Of a stretch of DNA of 64,000 bases, positions 1-13,624 are shown one piece after another. The stretch comes from Mytilus trossulus (Eukaryota). The stretch spans positions 36,642,001-36,706,000 of the forward strand of contig NC_086379.1 in the NCBI RefSeq assembly GCF_036588685.1. Direction: 5' to 3'. The position numbers and the translations under genes are program-made. The notes under the pieces were generated by a model. It had not been told where the DNA came from. It saw nothing but the letters and a program-made list of their open reading frames with translations, and did not search any database. Numbering within the stretch: the first letter of the stretch is position 1; the number at the start of each line of letters is the position of its first letter.

Positions 1-390
1 ATTGTGTTTTGTTAAATAATCGGTAATTTCTGTATTTTATAAATATCTTTAAAAAATATGCAATTTTTTATTCAGAAATAACTCATATTTATCAAATGTT
101 CATGAATTGAGGAAAAAACGTAATTTTTCACTGCATGTTTATCACAATTAAAAAAAATCCTCTATTTACAGTTTTATAAAATTTTGGTCACATAATCTCC
201 CTGCAAAATGAAACCAAATGCCGCTTTAAAAAATAGGGGTCCATGAACTCGTTTTCAAATTAAATCAGTTTGAATGATAAAAATCAGTCGAAAAATGCAT
301 CTTTTCCCGACATGTCACAGTTTGACGTCGCAAAAATAACAAATTACGTTAGCAACGTCATTACCTTCCCTGTAACTGTATCGTATGCCC
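1..390. mobile_element. Right end of a TTAA-flanked DNA element (Kolobok-type); related end at ~2330-2383
   Basis: ...attaccttccctgtaactgtatcgtatgccc|TTAA (390) and ...attacctcccctgaaactgttggatatgccc|TTAA (2383); left ends not seen. Confidence 0.6.
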
Positions 391-3300
391 TTAAGCACGT
401 TATTGCGTCAATGCCGTGAAATGCGACAGAGCAATTTGATAAATAGCTCTTCTATGAAAACTAACTAGTTCAGCTTTATGAAATTTATATCCATAGATTA
501 GGCAGGTATTACTGTTTCCAAAAATATTAAAAATATTCTTTAACTTTTCATAATAGTTTCAAATAATGATACAAATATTACCAAAACGTCAAAAATATGC
601 GTGTCAGACGTAACAATTTATTCGCAAAATAACTTTTGCGGGAATTTTTGTGGTCTAATAAAAAGTTTAAAATCCGCGAAAATTCGCTTGAATGATTAAT
701 TTCTAATATAATTTTTAACGCTATTGCTGTTTTTTTTTGTGTTGATCGAACGGATAAAAAATATTTTTTCAAAAATGAATAGTCCTCGCCATGGTCAGGT
801 TTCTGAAAATGGTAAGTTATCAAAATCTATCGCTTTTTAAAATATCAGAGGATATAAAATTTTGTTTTTATAAATTATTCCTACAAATGTGCTTAGACGG
901 GCCATTTCAAATCCGGAATTTTACAGCACTCGCACCACAAATAAAAACGCATTGGCCTCGGGAAAATGTCTTGCAAGATTGTCCAATGTCGAATTTCGCC
1001 GCTTTTTACAAAAACACTGTCAGTTTCAACGTCATTTTATTAAATATTCAATTTGTAGCATATAAAATAGTGCTTTTTCGTAATTGTGCTTTCACCCCAC
1101 AATACGATAACATACTTTTTGATAAGCTGTTAAGTCGAAATGACTTCGTTTTTTAACAAATCAAATGTCTTGCAAGTTTGTCCACTGAGCAATTTCCTTA
1201 CGTTTTGAACGTTTTAAATCGATTCGGGACGCTATACATATATGTGTTTTCAAATTATTTCTAAAAGTTTTTTTTTTTTTTTTGGTGTTAAACACCACAT
1301 CATGTTTAAGCGACATTTGTTGTATTTTATTGACCTGTCATCAAAGGTAGGAAAAGCCGGACATCAGGCGACCTTAAGTTAAAATAGTTGCAATAACTGT
1401 CGATTAGGATCGGAGTCGAACAAATCTCGCCGCGAGCGTATCTTAAAATTACCATGCTTTTTATCACTTTATATGAACTCATTAGGCCAATCATCCTCCT
1501 AGGCCATCAAACTTGAAAGCAGTTCGTATAATCATATGATATATGAACGATATTTCATTGTTTTTAAATAACAAGTACGGCTCGATTTTATGTTTTAAGA
1601 TCAGAGGACAAAACAAAATAACCAAATTATAAATTTCGAAAATAGATACAATCATAGAAACCACGATAAGAACTGCAATATATAAAAGTAGTTATAATCA
1701 AATAGAAAATGAATAATTATCTAAAATGAAAAAAAAACATATGGTAATTTGTCAATAAATAGGTAAAATATTAATTACAGAACAAAAGAATTTCATATCC
1801 GAGTCAGAGAGAATTAAATATTGTAAAGAGATAAAGAAACTAAAAAGAAAAGAGCAAAAAAATAAAAATTACAATAAATATAAAGAAAATACAACACAAG
1901 CCGAATCAGAAGTCCGAAAAGTTCATTTGCTTGCGTATCTACCAGTAGCAAATATTTCATACATATTCAAGACTTTGAAGTATCCATATAGATCAAAAAT
2001 TATTACAATCAAAACGAACAAAGTATTCTCGATTACCGACGTAAAACGTCAAATTTTGACGTTACCAATTGGGACGCAATATCGTGCGTAACGTCAGTAT
2101 GGTCTATAATGATTAAGATAATTGCATTTCTTTTATGATAGACCAAGAGGACAAAAATATCTTCAAAGATTTGAGTTCTAATTTCTGTTTATATTCTGTA
2201 TGAGTTTTCTGCCAATTCCCGCCGTGCTCTTTCCTTTGATGAAAGAACCCTCCCTTTCCAGACGGCCATAGCAATTCCAATGGTGATTTCGTTATGACGT
2301 CGTTGAAACAACGTTAAATTACGGGAAACAATAGACGACGTTAACGTTTGTTATTACCTCCCCTGAAACTGTTGGATATGCCCTTAAGTGTACAACAATC
2401 ACAGAATTAAAAAGAAAAATGGACATTATGTTGCAGTGTCATTACTATAGAAAACGCATGGTAGAAGTCCCCCAAACATTATCACATTAAAACGGTAGTA
2501 ACGGTACGGCCAATAACACATGTTGATAATTAATCCTTTCAAGTATGAAAGCATTTCTGGCAAAGTGAAATGCTATTTGAGAAGCATCGTTCATTGGGTT
2601 TAAAAATGTTAAAATTTGTAAAACAAATGGTCAATGTTCCATAACTCCTGCAGCAAACAATCAAATCAAAATGGTGGCATAGACTGTGACCTTCAACAGA
2701 CGACCCATCTTTAATATAAGTATAACACTAAACTAAATCAACGCACGTGGTCAATGTAGGCATTATTGTTATTATAGACACGTCATCTTTCAGATTATCC
2801 CCAATGACTTGTGACCTTCACAGCATACAACACAAACATATTAGAATGCACGTTTCTGAGAATAGTTCATAATGAGATCGTTAACTTTTTAAGATTTGTA
2901 GGCTGCAATAGTTATCTCCCGTTTTGGATTTTTTTTTTCTAAAGTCGACCGTTATAACGCTTAGCTAAAAGTGTGATGTAGTAAAAACTGCATTCTACTG
3001 ACATGTAATGTTTTTGTTTTTTCCTTCTACTTTTAGGTCAGACACTTCATAAAAGGAAACATAGTGAGTACTTGATACTATTTACATAAAGCTGTGCCCT
3101 TACACATTAGAAATAGTAATGTTTCATGTAACTCATTGACTTGGATACTTGTATATTCAATGATCGAGATCTACAGCATTAGATTGTAATGTCGATAAAC
3201 TTCTTTTAAAATGGGGAGAAACTTCAAGGTCATTATACGAATATTATATAACGATAATTAATGGAAATAAAAATCAAGGTCATTGTAAGACGCATATAAT

Positions 3301-3919
3301 AAACAATAATTGAAAGAGTTAAATGCTATTTGAAGGCCAGTTTTTACTGCTAGCATTTTAGTTCTGACGCCCACATAACAACATTATTATTCACGTACAC
3401 AAACAGATGTTAACTCCTAAATTGTACTTAAATTATGCCAAACACTTCAAAATACCGTTAGGAAGTTTTATAATTGGCAAGCATTCTCATTCTACAAGTC
3501 GAAACTGAAGAATAGGAGCAGATAAGTCTATTTTCGTTTGGTTATCCAAATTTAAATCTAGTGATAACTCACCAAAGATACCAGGCTTATAACTAGTGCA
3601 TTATGTAAGCAAACGATATGTAATATACTTGGTAAAGTATTTTCTAATCATTTAAGAATAACAATCAAATGGAACATATATGCTGTAATTGTATCATTAC
3701 ACGAACATGTATACTAAAAGGCAAAATGCCAAGTCTCCTGTGAATGATTCTATTCGGTTTCATATTTATGTTATATCAGACTTGGTGTAGTTGTATACGT
3801 TGAGTTTTCGCCTCTGTCCTTGAGAAGAAATAGACGAACCTGGTCAACATAAAAACAACATATAAAAGAACAAAGTTAGCAGTTTTCCATACTACCACAG
3901 TCCTCTTCCTTTTATGATA

Positions 3920-4137
3920 GGAGCCTCGGTAGCTGAGTGGTCTAAGTAGTTCACTAGCCAGTGAACACTGATGTCGTGAGTTCGAACACTAGTTTCAAAC
4001 CTTAATTGACTAAGGTTGTCAGTTTTCCTATCGGCAGCCCGGCTTCCACCACAAATAAAAACTTGCCGTTAAGAAATAGCCCAAACGCGGTGCTTTAAAA
4101 TGCCGTAAAAAAAAACCCAACAAACTCAAATCAAATC
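3920..4137 (+). mobile_element. tRNA-derived SINE
   Basis: A box TAGCTGAGTGG (3930), B box GAGTTCGAAC (3978), (CAAAT)n tail; no tRNA cloverleaf. Confidence 0.75.
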
Positions 4138-4517
4138 TTTTCAGGCTTATGGAACATGCATGACACACCAAAACGAAGATAATCACAGGCAATATTATAA
4201 ACATGCAGATATAAAAGCAATTCATTGTCAAATAGATATGATATTACTCTTCTTCACAAATGGCACTCCTAATTTAAAGAAATGTTTCTGGTCAGATGGA
4301 TAGATTAAATTCCTACCAGGCCCCCTCGTATCCTATCCCGTAAAATTTTATCCTTAACTCACCACAGGATATCTGTACACAATTCTATTAAAATTTCCCC
4401 AAACTAATGTACTAGTATAATATATTATAAATATGTCTATAAAACAATTATTATTTACAAGTCTATAACCTTACATTGCACTTAAATTGTCCAGGCTAGA
4501 GTAAATCTTTAACAATC

Positions 4518-5515
4518 TCACATGCCAGTATTCTGATCTACAAAGTCTGTTTCACTCTCTTTATCGTCAGAGAAATGTTCCTGTACAATCTGAGCCAGTT
4601 TTGTTAGCTGATCTGTTGCTGTAGAAGATTTAGCCCGAGCAACAGAACTAACTTTTGCTTTACTTATTTCAACATCCGCTGCAGACGTTGATTTAAATGC
4701 AAAATTTGGTTTCGTGTCTTTGACACTTGGTTCAGAGTCTTTAATATCCTGCTTCTCTACAGGTACATTCATTCCATCGTTGCTTGTTCCTGTACTCGAT
4801 GTATCACTAGGAGTCCTTAGACTCTCGGCTGGTGGCACTAGCTTTAATGAGTCTATACTAGTTGCCATTGATTCACTGTCTTGCGAAAATAAAGTCAAGG
4901 CTGGAGCTTCTGCTGGTCTAAGTGTTTTTGGAGACTGACTTTCCTTACTTCTAGTTCTGATTTTTTGACTTTCGTCTGCAGACGACCCCGAAGATGGACG
5001 TGAACGTTTTCCTTCTGAAAAAGGTTCACTGTTACTATGACCCCTGCCTTTTGGAGTTAAACTTCTATCACGTTTGCTTTCCTCAACCATCGAATAAGAC
5101 CGTCCTCTATCTGAACCGATGCCCTCATCACGTTTTGGGCTATGAGAATGACTTCGAGATAACGATTTCATTTGATGCAGACGTACATTTGGCATCTTTT
5201 TCGAATGTTTTTTCTTTCTTTTTGACAAATCTTCCATTTGAATTTCTTGAAAAGGGGAATTTTCAAGAGGTGAAGGTGAATGGCGACTAGAAGCGTTAGT
5301 ACCAGTATGTTGATTAAAAGTTTGGTAAGCAAAAGCTTCTTCGGCTATTTCAACACTATCCGTTGATTCGTTGTTTGTTTCTTGGCCATGAGATTTTGTA
5401 GGCACAGACTGAATTGGGTCTACTTGCGGCGATTGCGGTGTGGGTGTGCTTACTGGAGTAATTTCTGGAGTCTGCTGAGAAGGTGTTGACACACTACGAA
5501 TTGGATGACTTCTCC
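4518..5515 (-). CDS. CLEC16A: Probable terminal coding exon of CLEC16A: ~330-aa S/T/P/E/K-rich disordered C-terminus
   Basis: 324-aa ORF extends up to an ttttgttttag acceptor at 5516-5517; phase 1 entry (G+GG AGA AGT CAT...) is in frame with the exon ending at 22176; same strand; vertebrate CLEC16A also ends in a disordered tail. The link is inferred from phase and position, not sequence similarity. Confidence 0.8.
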
Positions 5516-5989
5516 CTAAAACAAAATGGAAAGTTACAGATAAGTGATTATAAATAAGAACCTTGTAATGTATTGATCAATACAGAGTGAAACAACTTGA
5601 AGGAAATTATACTATAGTTTAATTATAAAATTTAAAATAAAAAAACCCAATATAGTTCTCACATACACATTCCCCATTTCCATTCTCAATTTTACGTCAG
5701 ATAAAATTCCACCTTATGATCCATTTTCTTTGTCAATTAAAATTTATCACTTGATATGTTGAGAAAGTTCGCATATTTTTGAAAAATTAAAATTAAAATT
5801 TTAGGTTGCCGAAATTTTATTTACGCAGTTTATATCATTGATATTAATATAAAAGATCTAAATAATGGAAAATCTCTAAAAGACAAGTCTATTATAAATA
5901 TTTATGTATGAAAACTATCTTTAATTTTATTGAATTCTTATAGATTTGTTAGAAAAGGATATTTAGTGGATGACACAAAAACTTTAATA

Positions 5990-6090
5990 AAATACTATAA
6001 ATTTAATGTGGAAATAAAACGTAATGAAATACTATAAATTAAAAGTGAACATAAACGTTATGAAATACTATCAATGTAATGTGGAAATAA
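5990..6090. repeat. 36-37-bp tandem repeat x ~3
   Basis: aatactat at 5991, 6028, 6064. Confidence 0.75.
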
Positions 6091-6348
6091 ATTATATCTA
6101 TATATAGACATTACGAACATATCTTATATCAGATACCGGACAAATCGCCATTGCGAAAAAATGAAATCACAAAAATACCGAAATACGAAAATCCCCAATC
6201 AACTGACAATATTGTAAGCTCAATCGAATGGATAACAACTAGCATATTCCTGACTTGGTACAATCATTTTTTATGTAGAAAAGGTGGGTAAAGGTTTTAT
6301 AGCTAGCTGAACCTTTTACTTGTATAACAGTCGCATAAAATTCCATTA

Positions 6349-6738
6349 CCTGGTATCTATGATGAGTTTATTTACAACCACTTGGTCGATGCCACTGATG
6401 TTGGAGATTAATTTCCCCGAGGGTATCACCAGCCCAGTAGTCAGCAATTGTTTGTGCTGACATGAATTATCATTGATATGGTTATATTTATAAATTAACT
6501 GTTTACAAAATTTAGAATTTTTGATGTACTAAGGCTTTTCTACCTCAGGCATAGATTAATTTGGCTGGATTTGGCAAAACTTTGAGAATTTTGGTCCTCA
6601 ATGCTCTTCAACTTCGTACTTTATTTGGCCTTTTAAACTTCTTTGGATTCGAGCGTCACTGATGAGTCCTTTGTAGACGAAACGCGCTTCTGGTGTGTAT
6701 ATAAAATTTAGTCCTGGTATATATGATGAGTTTATTTA
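6349..6738 (+). mobile_element. Non-LTR retrozyme-type element, one 364-bp monomer plus 26-bp terminal direct repeat
   Basis: CCTGGTAT(C/A)TATGATGAGTTTATTTA at 6349 and 6713; contains a hammerhead core; interrupts a SINE-like repeat whose halves rejoin (attccatta|tattgaaaacgatg). Confidence 0.85.
6654..6695 (+). ncRNA. Minimal type-I hammerhead ribozyme motif
   Basis: CGUCA-CUGAUGA(6659)-GUC cuuugua GAC-GAAA(6679)-CGCGCU-UC-UGGUG; helix I CGUCA/UGGUG pairs; helix III differs by one base from the palindrome CGCGCG. Confidence 0.88.
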
Positions 6739-6791
6739 TATTGAAAACGATGTATGAACGAAATAGTTTCCAACCACGAGAACTTAATTCA

Positions 6792-6822
6792 TAAACAATA
6801 AATGCCTCTTCAGTGATGCTCG
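6792..6822 (-). ncRNA. Partial hammerhead remnant (second lineage)
   Basis: Reverse complement GAGCAUCA-CUGAAGA-GGCA uuuau UGUU, then GAAA/helix III lost. Confidence 0.45.
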
Positions 6823-9249
6823 ACAAAATTATTTGAAAATTAAGAGCCAAATGTCGCTTGTGTTGTCTTCAAGCGTATAAGGACACTTATATTCATATAT
6901 GTATTCAAAACATATGCACATGTATAATTATAGGTTAAAACGGAGAGTCAACATTTTAAATGGTTAATGATAAAACAGAAAACAAGACAATCCAGAGCCA
7001 TACAGAACATACATATAGTGTGAGATTTATTTGTTTTGAATCGATATTAGTTTGCTTCCATTACAAAGAAAAAAAGTTTAGAACATTATATAACGCCGAC
7101 ATGATTATTATATAACATCCTACATTTCTTACATTTATATTCAAACTCTACTAAATCTTCACAAATAAAGATATTCATCGTGGACGTTATATTAAATTAA
7201 AGTGATTAAACACAAGAAGATGCAAATACTTGTCAATCCTTTTAATCTCTCATTTTAATGAGAGATTTAGCGAACACTTCCAACAGGTTTTACCATATTC
7301 TTTTTAAAATATCAGTTCATGACATATGACGGTTTTTTTTCACACGTTTTATTGGTTAAAAACGTTTGTTTTAGTCATTCTTTATAGACTTTCACCTTTT
7401 ATTAATAATTAACTTATTTAAATTAAGTTCTGTTTTATTGTTTTTCTTTTTCAGCATGAGGAATTAAGACCTTCAATAATAATAAGAGGTTACCCATATC
7501 AAACCAATACCATAGAACAAACGCAAACAGTCTTGAACAAACTTTTTTATTCACGATCCTTTCAAACCTTAATTTATATAAAAAAAAATATGTGTGACTA
7601 TCAGATATATTAAAGAATAAAATACAGCAACGCATAACTCACTATTTCAATCACCCCATCCTCGACCCTCACGATATAGGAGAAACACGTAGTTTGTCTT
7701 TAATTGTTATGTCATTTCGTGTAGTCTCGTTCCCAGTTTTGTTTTCTATAATGTGTTTTATAGACCGTTTGTCTTTTCTTCTTTTTTGTTTTTGCCATAC
7801 CATAGTCAGTTTATAAAAATAGCTTGAATTTGAATATCTCTGTGATTTCTTTCGCCTTCCTATTTCAAGAAACATTTTTAACAAAAAAAAATTACGAGAG
7901 TAAAGCCTAAAATATATAACAATACGATTTTTATGAAGTTTCTATAAAAGTTAATCGAGTTTTCTTTTCCCGAACATCTCTTTCTTTAATGATATAATTG
8001 TGTTAAAATATATTACTTTCAAGCCATTTTTCATGTTTTGTTCAACAAATGATTTCCTTTAAGCTATGAAATGCATATCAACTTGCAATATTTTCCAATA
8101 TTCGGTCATAAAAGAAACAACATACGATGGTCAATAACTTATTTAAAAAGAGGCAGAAAATACAAGGTAACATCCAATAGTCATTTGCAAAAAATAATCT
8201 AGCCTGACATATTGACCCAATCTAACACAATTGTGGTGCAATAAGGCAGGATCCCAGTCAATCACACAATGCCATTGCCGAAAAAGAGAAATGATGAAAA
8301 CGTACCTCTTTAAAAATGCATGTTTAATCCTCCAAAAATAAAACAAAATTAATCTAAGCAATTAGCAAAATTTAATAGTCGAGTTCATTCCCCCCCCCCC
8401 AAAAAAAAAATCGATATAATAGTGTCGATTCGTAATTTTCGTATTTCATGTCTTTCTCTGTTCAAAGTTTATTGCTTTACGTGCGATATGTATGTAATTT
8501 CATAATAATTAAACTCTTTGACCTAAGTTTAAGATAAATCATTTAAAAATTATCGAATTTATATAATATGCGAATTTATCAAAAGATTTTTATTTCTCTC
8601 AAAGAAATGAAAATTATTCAATCAGTATGATATTCATATATATATTTAAAAGTTCAAAATGAAACAAGAAAATACTCCACCACTAAACGATCAAAACTCT
8701 CAATCAAACATTTGTTATAGACTAATATACAAATATATTTCATCGTAAAATTTATTTTTAGTTTAGATAAACAAAATTATATTTGAGAATTTTTCTTAAA
8801 AATATCGTGAAGTTATAAAGAACTAAGTCGTTCTGATCATATGTGACTCCATTTTTTACTGCCGAAACCATCGCGATAAAACCATCGTTTTTTCAAATAT
8901 ATTTCTTAAATTGCTTATCAAAAGTATTCTATTTTTTGTTGTTGTGAATTTTAACAATGTTTATAAAATTTTCTAGCATTTTATACTGACAAATTGTTAA
9001 TTGCCAGCTACTTTTTTGATAATTACAAATTTATAAAAAAATCAGACATAAAAATCAATTTTTTTTTAGAGAGGCAATTGTTTATCTGAAATATTGTTTG
9101 TCCCTCTTCATGTAAGAATAAACAATTTAATATTAAATTCAACAAATTTAAAAACATTTATTTAACCTATCGTTCTAAATTTACAAATCAGCTGATTTTA
9201 ATACCAAAACAATATTATACAACATTTAAAGTTTTCTCAGAACTAATTT

Positions 9250-10600
9250 GCATACTGTTCCAAGAAGTGTAATCATCTTATTATGACACAACAAGCTAGT
9301 GATTCAGTTTAACAGGGCCGTTGGCCTACATCCAAAACATCATAATTGTTACACTCTAGTTAAATTATTTTGATTGAATATGCGAGTCAAACATCTGCAA
9401 CAGTATTATTACATATTTTTTTTTATTAAATTTAATATTAAAACCTTATTGTTTTGATTGATAGAACTATAAATTCATTCAGACTCCACAACTTCCAAAA
9501 ATCGTCTTTTACATCAACTAAATGAAGCAAACTATCAAAATTATTACTGAACTGCAACAGAGACATATAATACAATATTAAATAATGTATCTGGTTGTAT
9601 TTATCTTCTTTCACATATCAAAAGTAATAAGGAGCAGTAGCTGCAGCATAAACATTTTTTTTTGTTTTAACTTTTTCAATTTGGTGAGGAACAATTAAGA
9701 TAAAATTCTCAAATCCTGAAAAGTGTGAAAAGATCCTCAAATAACTCTGTAACAAAACGACGGACAAAAACAATCTTTCTCTTAATTTTGAAAGACCTGG
9801 GTTGAAAACTGTTGGTGGAAATGATGACACAAAACTGGTAAACCGTCTTTCGTCAATTTGGCTAAAAATGATTTATAAGTTCTTTAGTTTTTTGTTGTCC
9901 CATGTAGAATATTGTTTTACCCCAGTTTTTTGTCCGTATGATAATTTGTTGTACAAATAAAGATGACATGTGCGTGTTGGTGATCATAATATTTGAAACT
10001 GTACTGTTAAATTGTTCCTTTGGAATTGTTACACGATGATGACTGCTGTACTCATATTTTGACTATTTAATTTATTGTGCCTGTTTAGTTAACGGATCAT
10101 TGTAAATATAACGGAATTTGACGAGATTGTCATCAAAGTGAGAAGGTAAGTGATATAAAACCAGGTTTAATCCACACTTTTCTACATTTGAAAATGCCTG
10201 TACCAAGCCAGGAATATGACAGTTCTTGTCCATTCGGTTTTGATGCGTTTTGTTATTTGATTTTGCCATATGATTATGGACTTTCCGAATTGATTTTCCA
10301 GTTCAGTATTTTTGTGATTTTATTTTTTGAACCTTTCAACTCATACACATAATTCTTACTTGCAAACTTCAAGGTGTTCACAAAAACGTTGCAAGGAATA
10401 TGTCGAGTAAATAAATAATGGTTAGAAGGACAGACAACTTAAATCAGGATACCATCTTCTAAAGAAAGACATATACAAATACTAGTACTCGTGAAAATAG
10501 CAACAAAATGGCATTTTATTTGTTATTCATTTGTTAAAGATTTGAAGAACCGTTAACGTTCATTATTTTTAAAAGAAAAAAAAAAGAGAGAAAATTTGGA
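9250..10600 (-). pseudogene. Highly decayed PLE with RT-end and GIY-YIG endonuclease remnants, interrupted by a SINE-like repeat
   Basis: Ordered fragments across frameshifts: SLEDGIL, PKEQF, TVFNPGLSKL, and LECNNYDVLDVGQR (9318-9359, cf. L.C..C...YVGQT); weak, recognised by eye. Confidence 0.45.
10020..10330 (+). repeat. SINE-like repeat (AAAACCAGGTT..CCACC..GCCTGTACCAAGTCAGGAATATGACAG family); other copies ~6153-6762(-), ~37490-37825, ~42310-42685, ~49175-49480, ~50770-51032
   Basis: Multiple alignable copies in window; boundaries approximate. Confidence 0.75.
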
Positions 10601-10679
10601 GGAATTCAAAATAACTTAAGAAGGCTTCAGGTACAAAATCGTATGGCTATCTCTTCATATTGAAGTAAACTATATTATA

Positions 10680-11498
10680 TACTGAGCCAAAAAAGTTTAG
10701 CAACAAAAATAAGAAATTTTATTTTATTTCAAAATTGTAACAACATATGATTTTAATAATACAAAAATGAAATTATGTCATGTCAGAAGCAACATGAATG
10801 TTTATTACTCACATTCATTAGAATTTTCTTTGTATGGAGCGCGGGAGGGTCAAAATGCGAAAATGAGTATAGTGTTATTCAAAGTCAATTTCTCGGCCAT
10901 ACGCTAAGTGCATCAATAAAGGATTGGCAGGCACACCAGCAGCTGCCCTAATTCAATGCACTACTCGTGTCGCCGGAAAAAAATTTGTCACGTGTTGATG
11001 AAGAGCGAAAGTAGTGCTCCTCCCTTGGTGATAGTTTTTTCTTGGTCTACAACTTATCGACCTATACCGTGCAGTTGCAATGTCGATATCAGTGTGTTAG
11101 TCTCTAAACTGTTGACTTGTGCACATTTAATCAAGCCACGACATCAGAAACATTCATTTTTGCATCAACCATTCCAATAGCCTTCTGACGCTCATTTTCA
11201 GGGAGGCCAGGTTGACGCCCATGCAATTTTTTCAAACTTCTTTGTGTTTTTCTTACCAATGGTGTGTTTCTGAACGTTAGTGATTTTTTTTTTTTAAAGT
11301 ACAGGTACAGAAGGTAAAACATCAATTACACGTGGAAAGCTTAGATGGCGCTAAATCAATCATCCAGAAAAAAAAGTAAGACAGCTAAAAATTACAGGTG
11401 AAACTAAGGATTATATCAATGATGTTTAAAAATAAAATTGCAGAAACAACAAAAGATAAATTGAAAAAAAGTGTTGCTAAACTTTTTTTGGCTCAGTA
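10680..11498 (-). mobile_element. Internally deleted Tc1/mariner transposon
   Basis: TIR TACTGAGCCAAAAAA(A)GTTTAGCAAC at both ends, TA target duplication; minus-strand remnants PENERQKAIGMVDAKMNVSDV, NVHKSTV.RL and RPRK..SPREEHYF resemble the Tc1 transposase N-terminal HTH/GRPR region. Confidence 0.92.
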
Positions 11499-12412
11499 TA
11501 CTTGTTTGTCTGAAAATAAGTTGTTTTAATTTCCCAAAACTTTCGTGAAACAGAAAATTAATCATTGAACTACATAGTAACTAAGAATAACACTGCTTTA
11601 CTTTTTATATAAATTATACCCTGTCACTAGAAATTCACCAATCAATCATATAATTATTAATGTAATCCGAAACTAAGAGCAAGGAGGTTATATGACCTCA
11701 GAGTAAGGTAAAATGAACATACTCCTAAAATTAAGTTCAAAGAACAATACTTATCAACCTGTCATATGTATGTATTGTCAACATGTTAAGCTCTAACATT
11801 TCACAAGCACTCTGGAGCAATGAATGACGTAATGGCACACGTGTCAAGTTCTAAACATCTATTGTTTATCCGAAATGAATCCTAAAAATTTGTCCAACTT
11901 AATGATCCTTAATCATGAAATTGAGGACTATGCCCTTTTGAGGAAGTTTGATCGACATATATTCGTTACGACCAATCCTAATATCCAACTTTGTATACAG
12001 TCACATAAATAACTTAGGAATCTGTTCATTGGGGCTTAGGATTGAATGATAGAAGCATGATCATATGACATACCGTTAGAAATTTTAAAACGGTCTCAAA
12101 CTACCGGAGAATTAAAATAATGTAAAGGGTCAGTGATGTCTCATTCATTTTGTTTTAAAGTTAGGTAGTTCTACCCTGCGATCGGATAAATAACTTTCAT
12201 TTATAATTCTTATTTGATATATAAAACAAAACCGTAAAAATTCATTTATTTCCTAGGATACCAATTTTCGTGAAATGATATTCTCAGACTGTTCCCTGGT
12301 TTTGAAAATTCTTATAACGAAACTATAGAAATGTTTATCATGTTTTACATTTAAAATCGTCGTAAATTTATACTTATCAACGCAACCCACGAAAATTTGT
12401 ATCAAACAAATA

Positions 12413-12660
12413 ATAAAATGCTTCGCTGAGCGCAGCCAGATACGACCGCAGATGTCGAACCCAGAATAGTTGGGGCAAATTTGTACACATTATTTAAGCT
12501 TTTTACTGTTTGAATTTGGACTATGATCAATTTTTTGACATGATGTAGTTTTCTGACACAAAATAAAAGATCTTAAAAATTTATTGCGCATTATTATGCA
12601 ACTTAAAATTTCTTCTTGGAACTTTTCAATTATAAAATTTAGAAAATTAAATAAAAAATC
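12413..12660 (+). mobile_element. Diverged 5' fragment of the 56566-58423 family (further internal fragment at ~43750-44060)
   Basis: aaatgcttcgctgagcgcagccagatacgaccgcagatgtcgaaccc aligns with aaatgctccgcagggtgcagctttatacgactgcagaggttgaaccc. Confidence 0.7.
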
Positions 12661-13624
12661 GGATCATTTATACCTGATTTATAAGTCAATTGTTGCAGAC
12701 TATTTGAAATTTAGTTTTTCGTGCGTGCTGAAATAGGTATGGTACAAATGCCTGCATATTCGATTAAAATTAAAATGATTTGACAAAAACGTGTCGAAAT
12801 TAAACGATTTTCCTATTACGCATATTTATACAGATCATCAAATGTACATACCAATGCTTTTACGCGTGCTAGATTACAGACATTTTAAACAAGGATACAC
12901 CAAATTGTTACTAATTTTGTTCTGCTACGTCTATTTGATGTATTTCTACGATTACGAAATACATACTGAGCCTACAGCTGTTACTCATAATTTTATATGT
13001 TAAACAAATCAAAGCATTAGTTATACAGGTTTTGTTATATAAAAAAGCATAAAATCTGTGATGACCTGTTTATTAAAACAAACTAGATTTCGTCTCATAG
13101 GTAATACATTATACAGCTTTTCAAATGTTACAAACAGCGTGCTATTTATTTAGATCTTTACCTTACTTGGTGGAAATTAATTAAAAAAATTGAAAAGTAA
13201 CTGATAAGATACAAACGATCCACGGCTCGACAATGAATCCTATATTTTAAATTACCGGGACCTAAAGAACTCTCCTGGTCATAACATTTGGCATTTTATT
13301 GATAATATTCCTTTTTTTTCTCAAACATAAATGGTAAATTGGACAATCTCTGAACCGTCCGGCTTAAGAAATCTGTTTTTTAAAATCATATTCCAAGGAT
13401 CAATTCTCATTAGTTTAGGTCGTGTATAATTCACAACTAAGGATATTCTTTCAGACTTACTACGTTATGGATAGTAAAATAAGATAATCAACCAGTTTGT
13501 CATCCTGATTGGCAGGCAAGGGAAATAACTCAAGATTAAAATAAGTTCAATGGGAAACTTTCTTTATAAGAGAAGCGACAGATAACAGATGGACATTCAA
13601 ACTCATATGTTTACTTATTCTCAA

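Noticed and set aside
578-1156. 81-aa and 121-aa ORFs
   Set aside because: F/K/I/L/N-rich composition typical of AT-rich non-coding or repeat DNA; no recognisable motif
3920-3995. tRNA gene
   Set aside because: A and B boxes are present but there is no acceptor stem or cloverleaf; it continues into a SINE body and tail
4714-5290. Plus-strand ORFs 4714-4938 and 4994-5290
   Set aside because: Antisense shadows of the long minus-strand exon
6357-6372. CTATGATGAGT as a second hammerhead core
   Set aside because: Not CUGANGA, and no stem II-GAAA follows; it is simply the terminal repeat
11700-13510. Possible further PLE protein remnants on the minus strand
   Set aside because: Similarity too weak to support by eye
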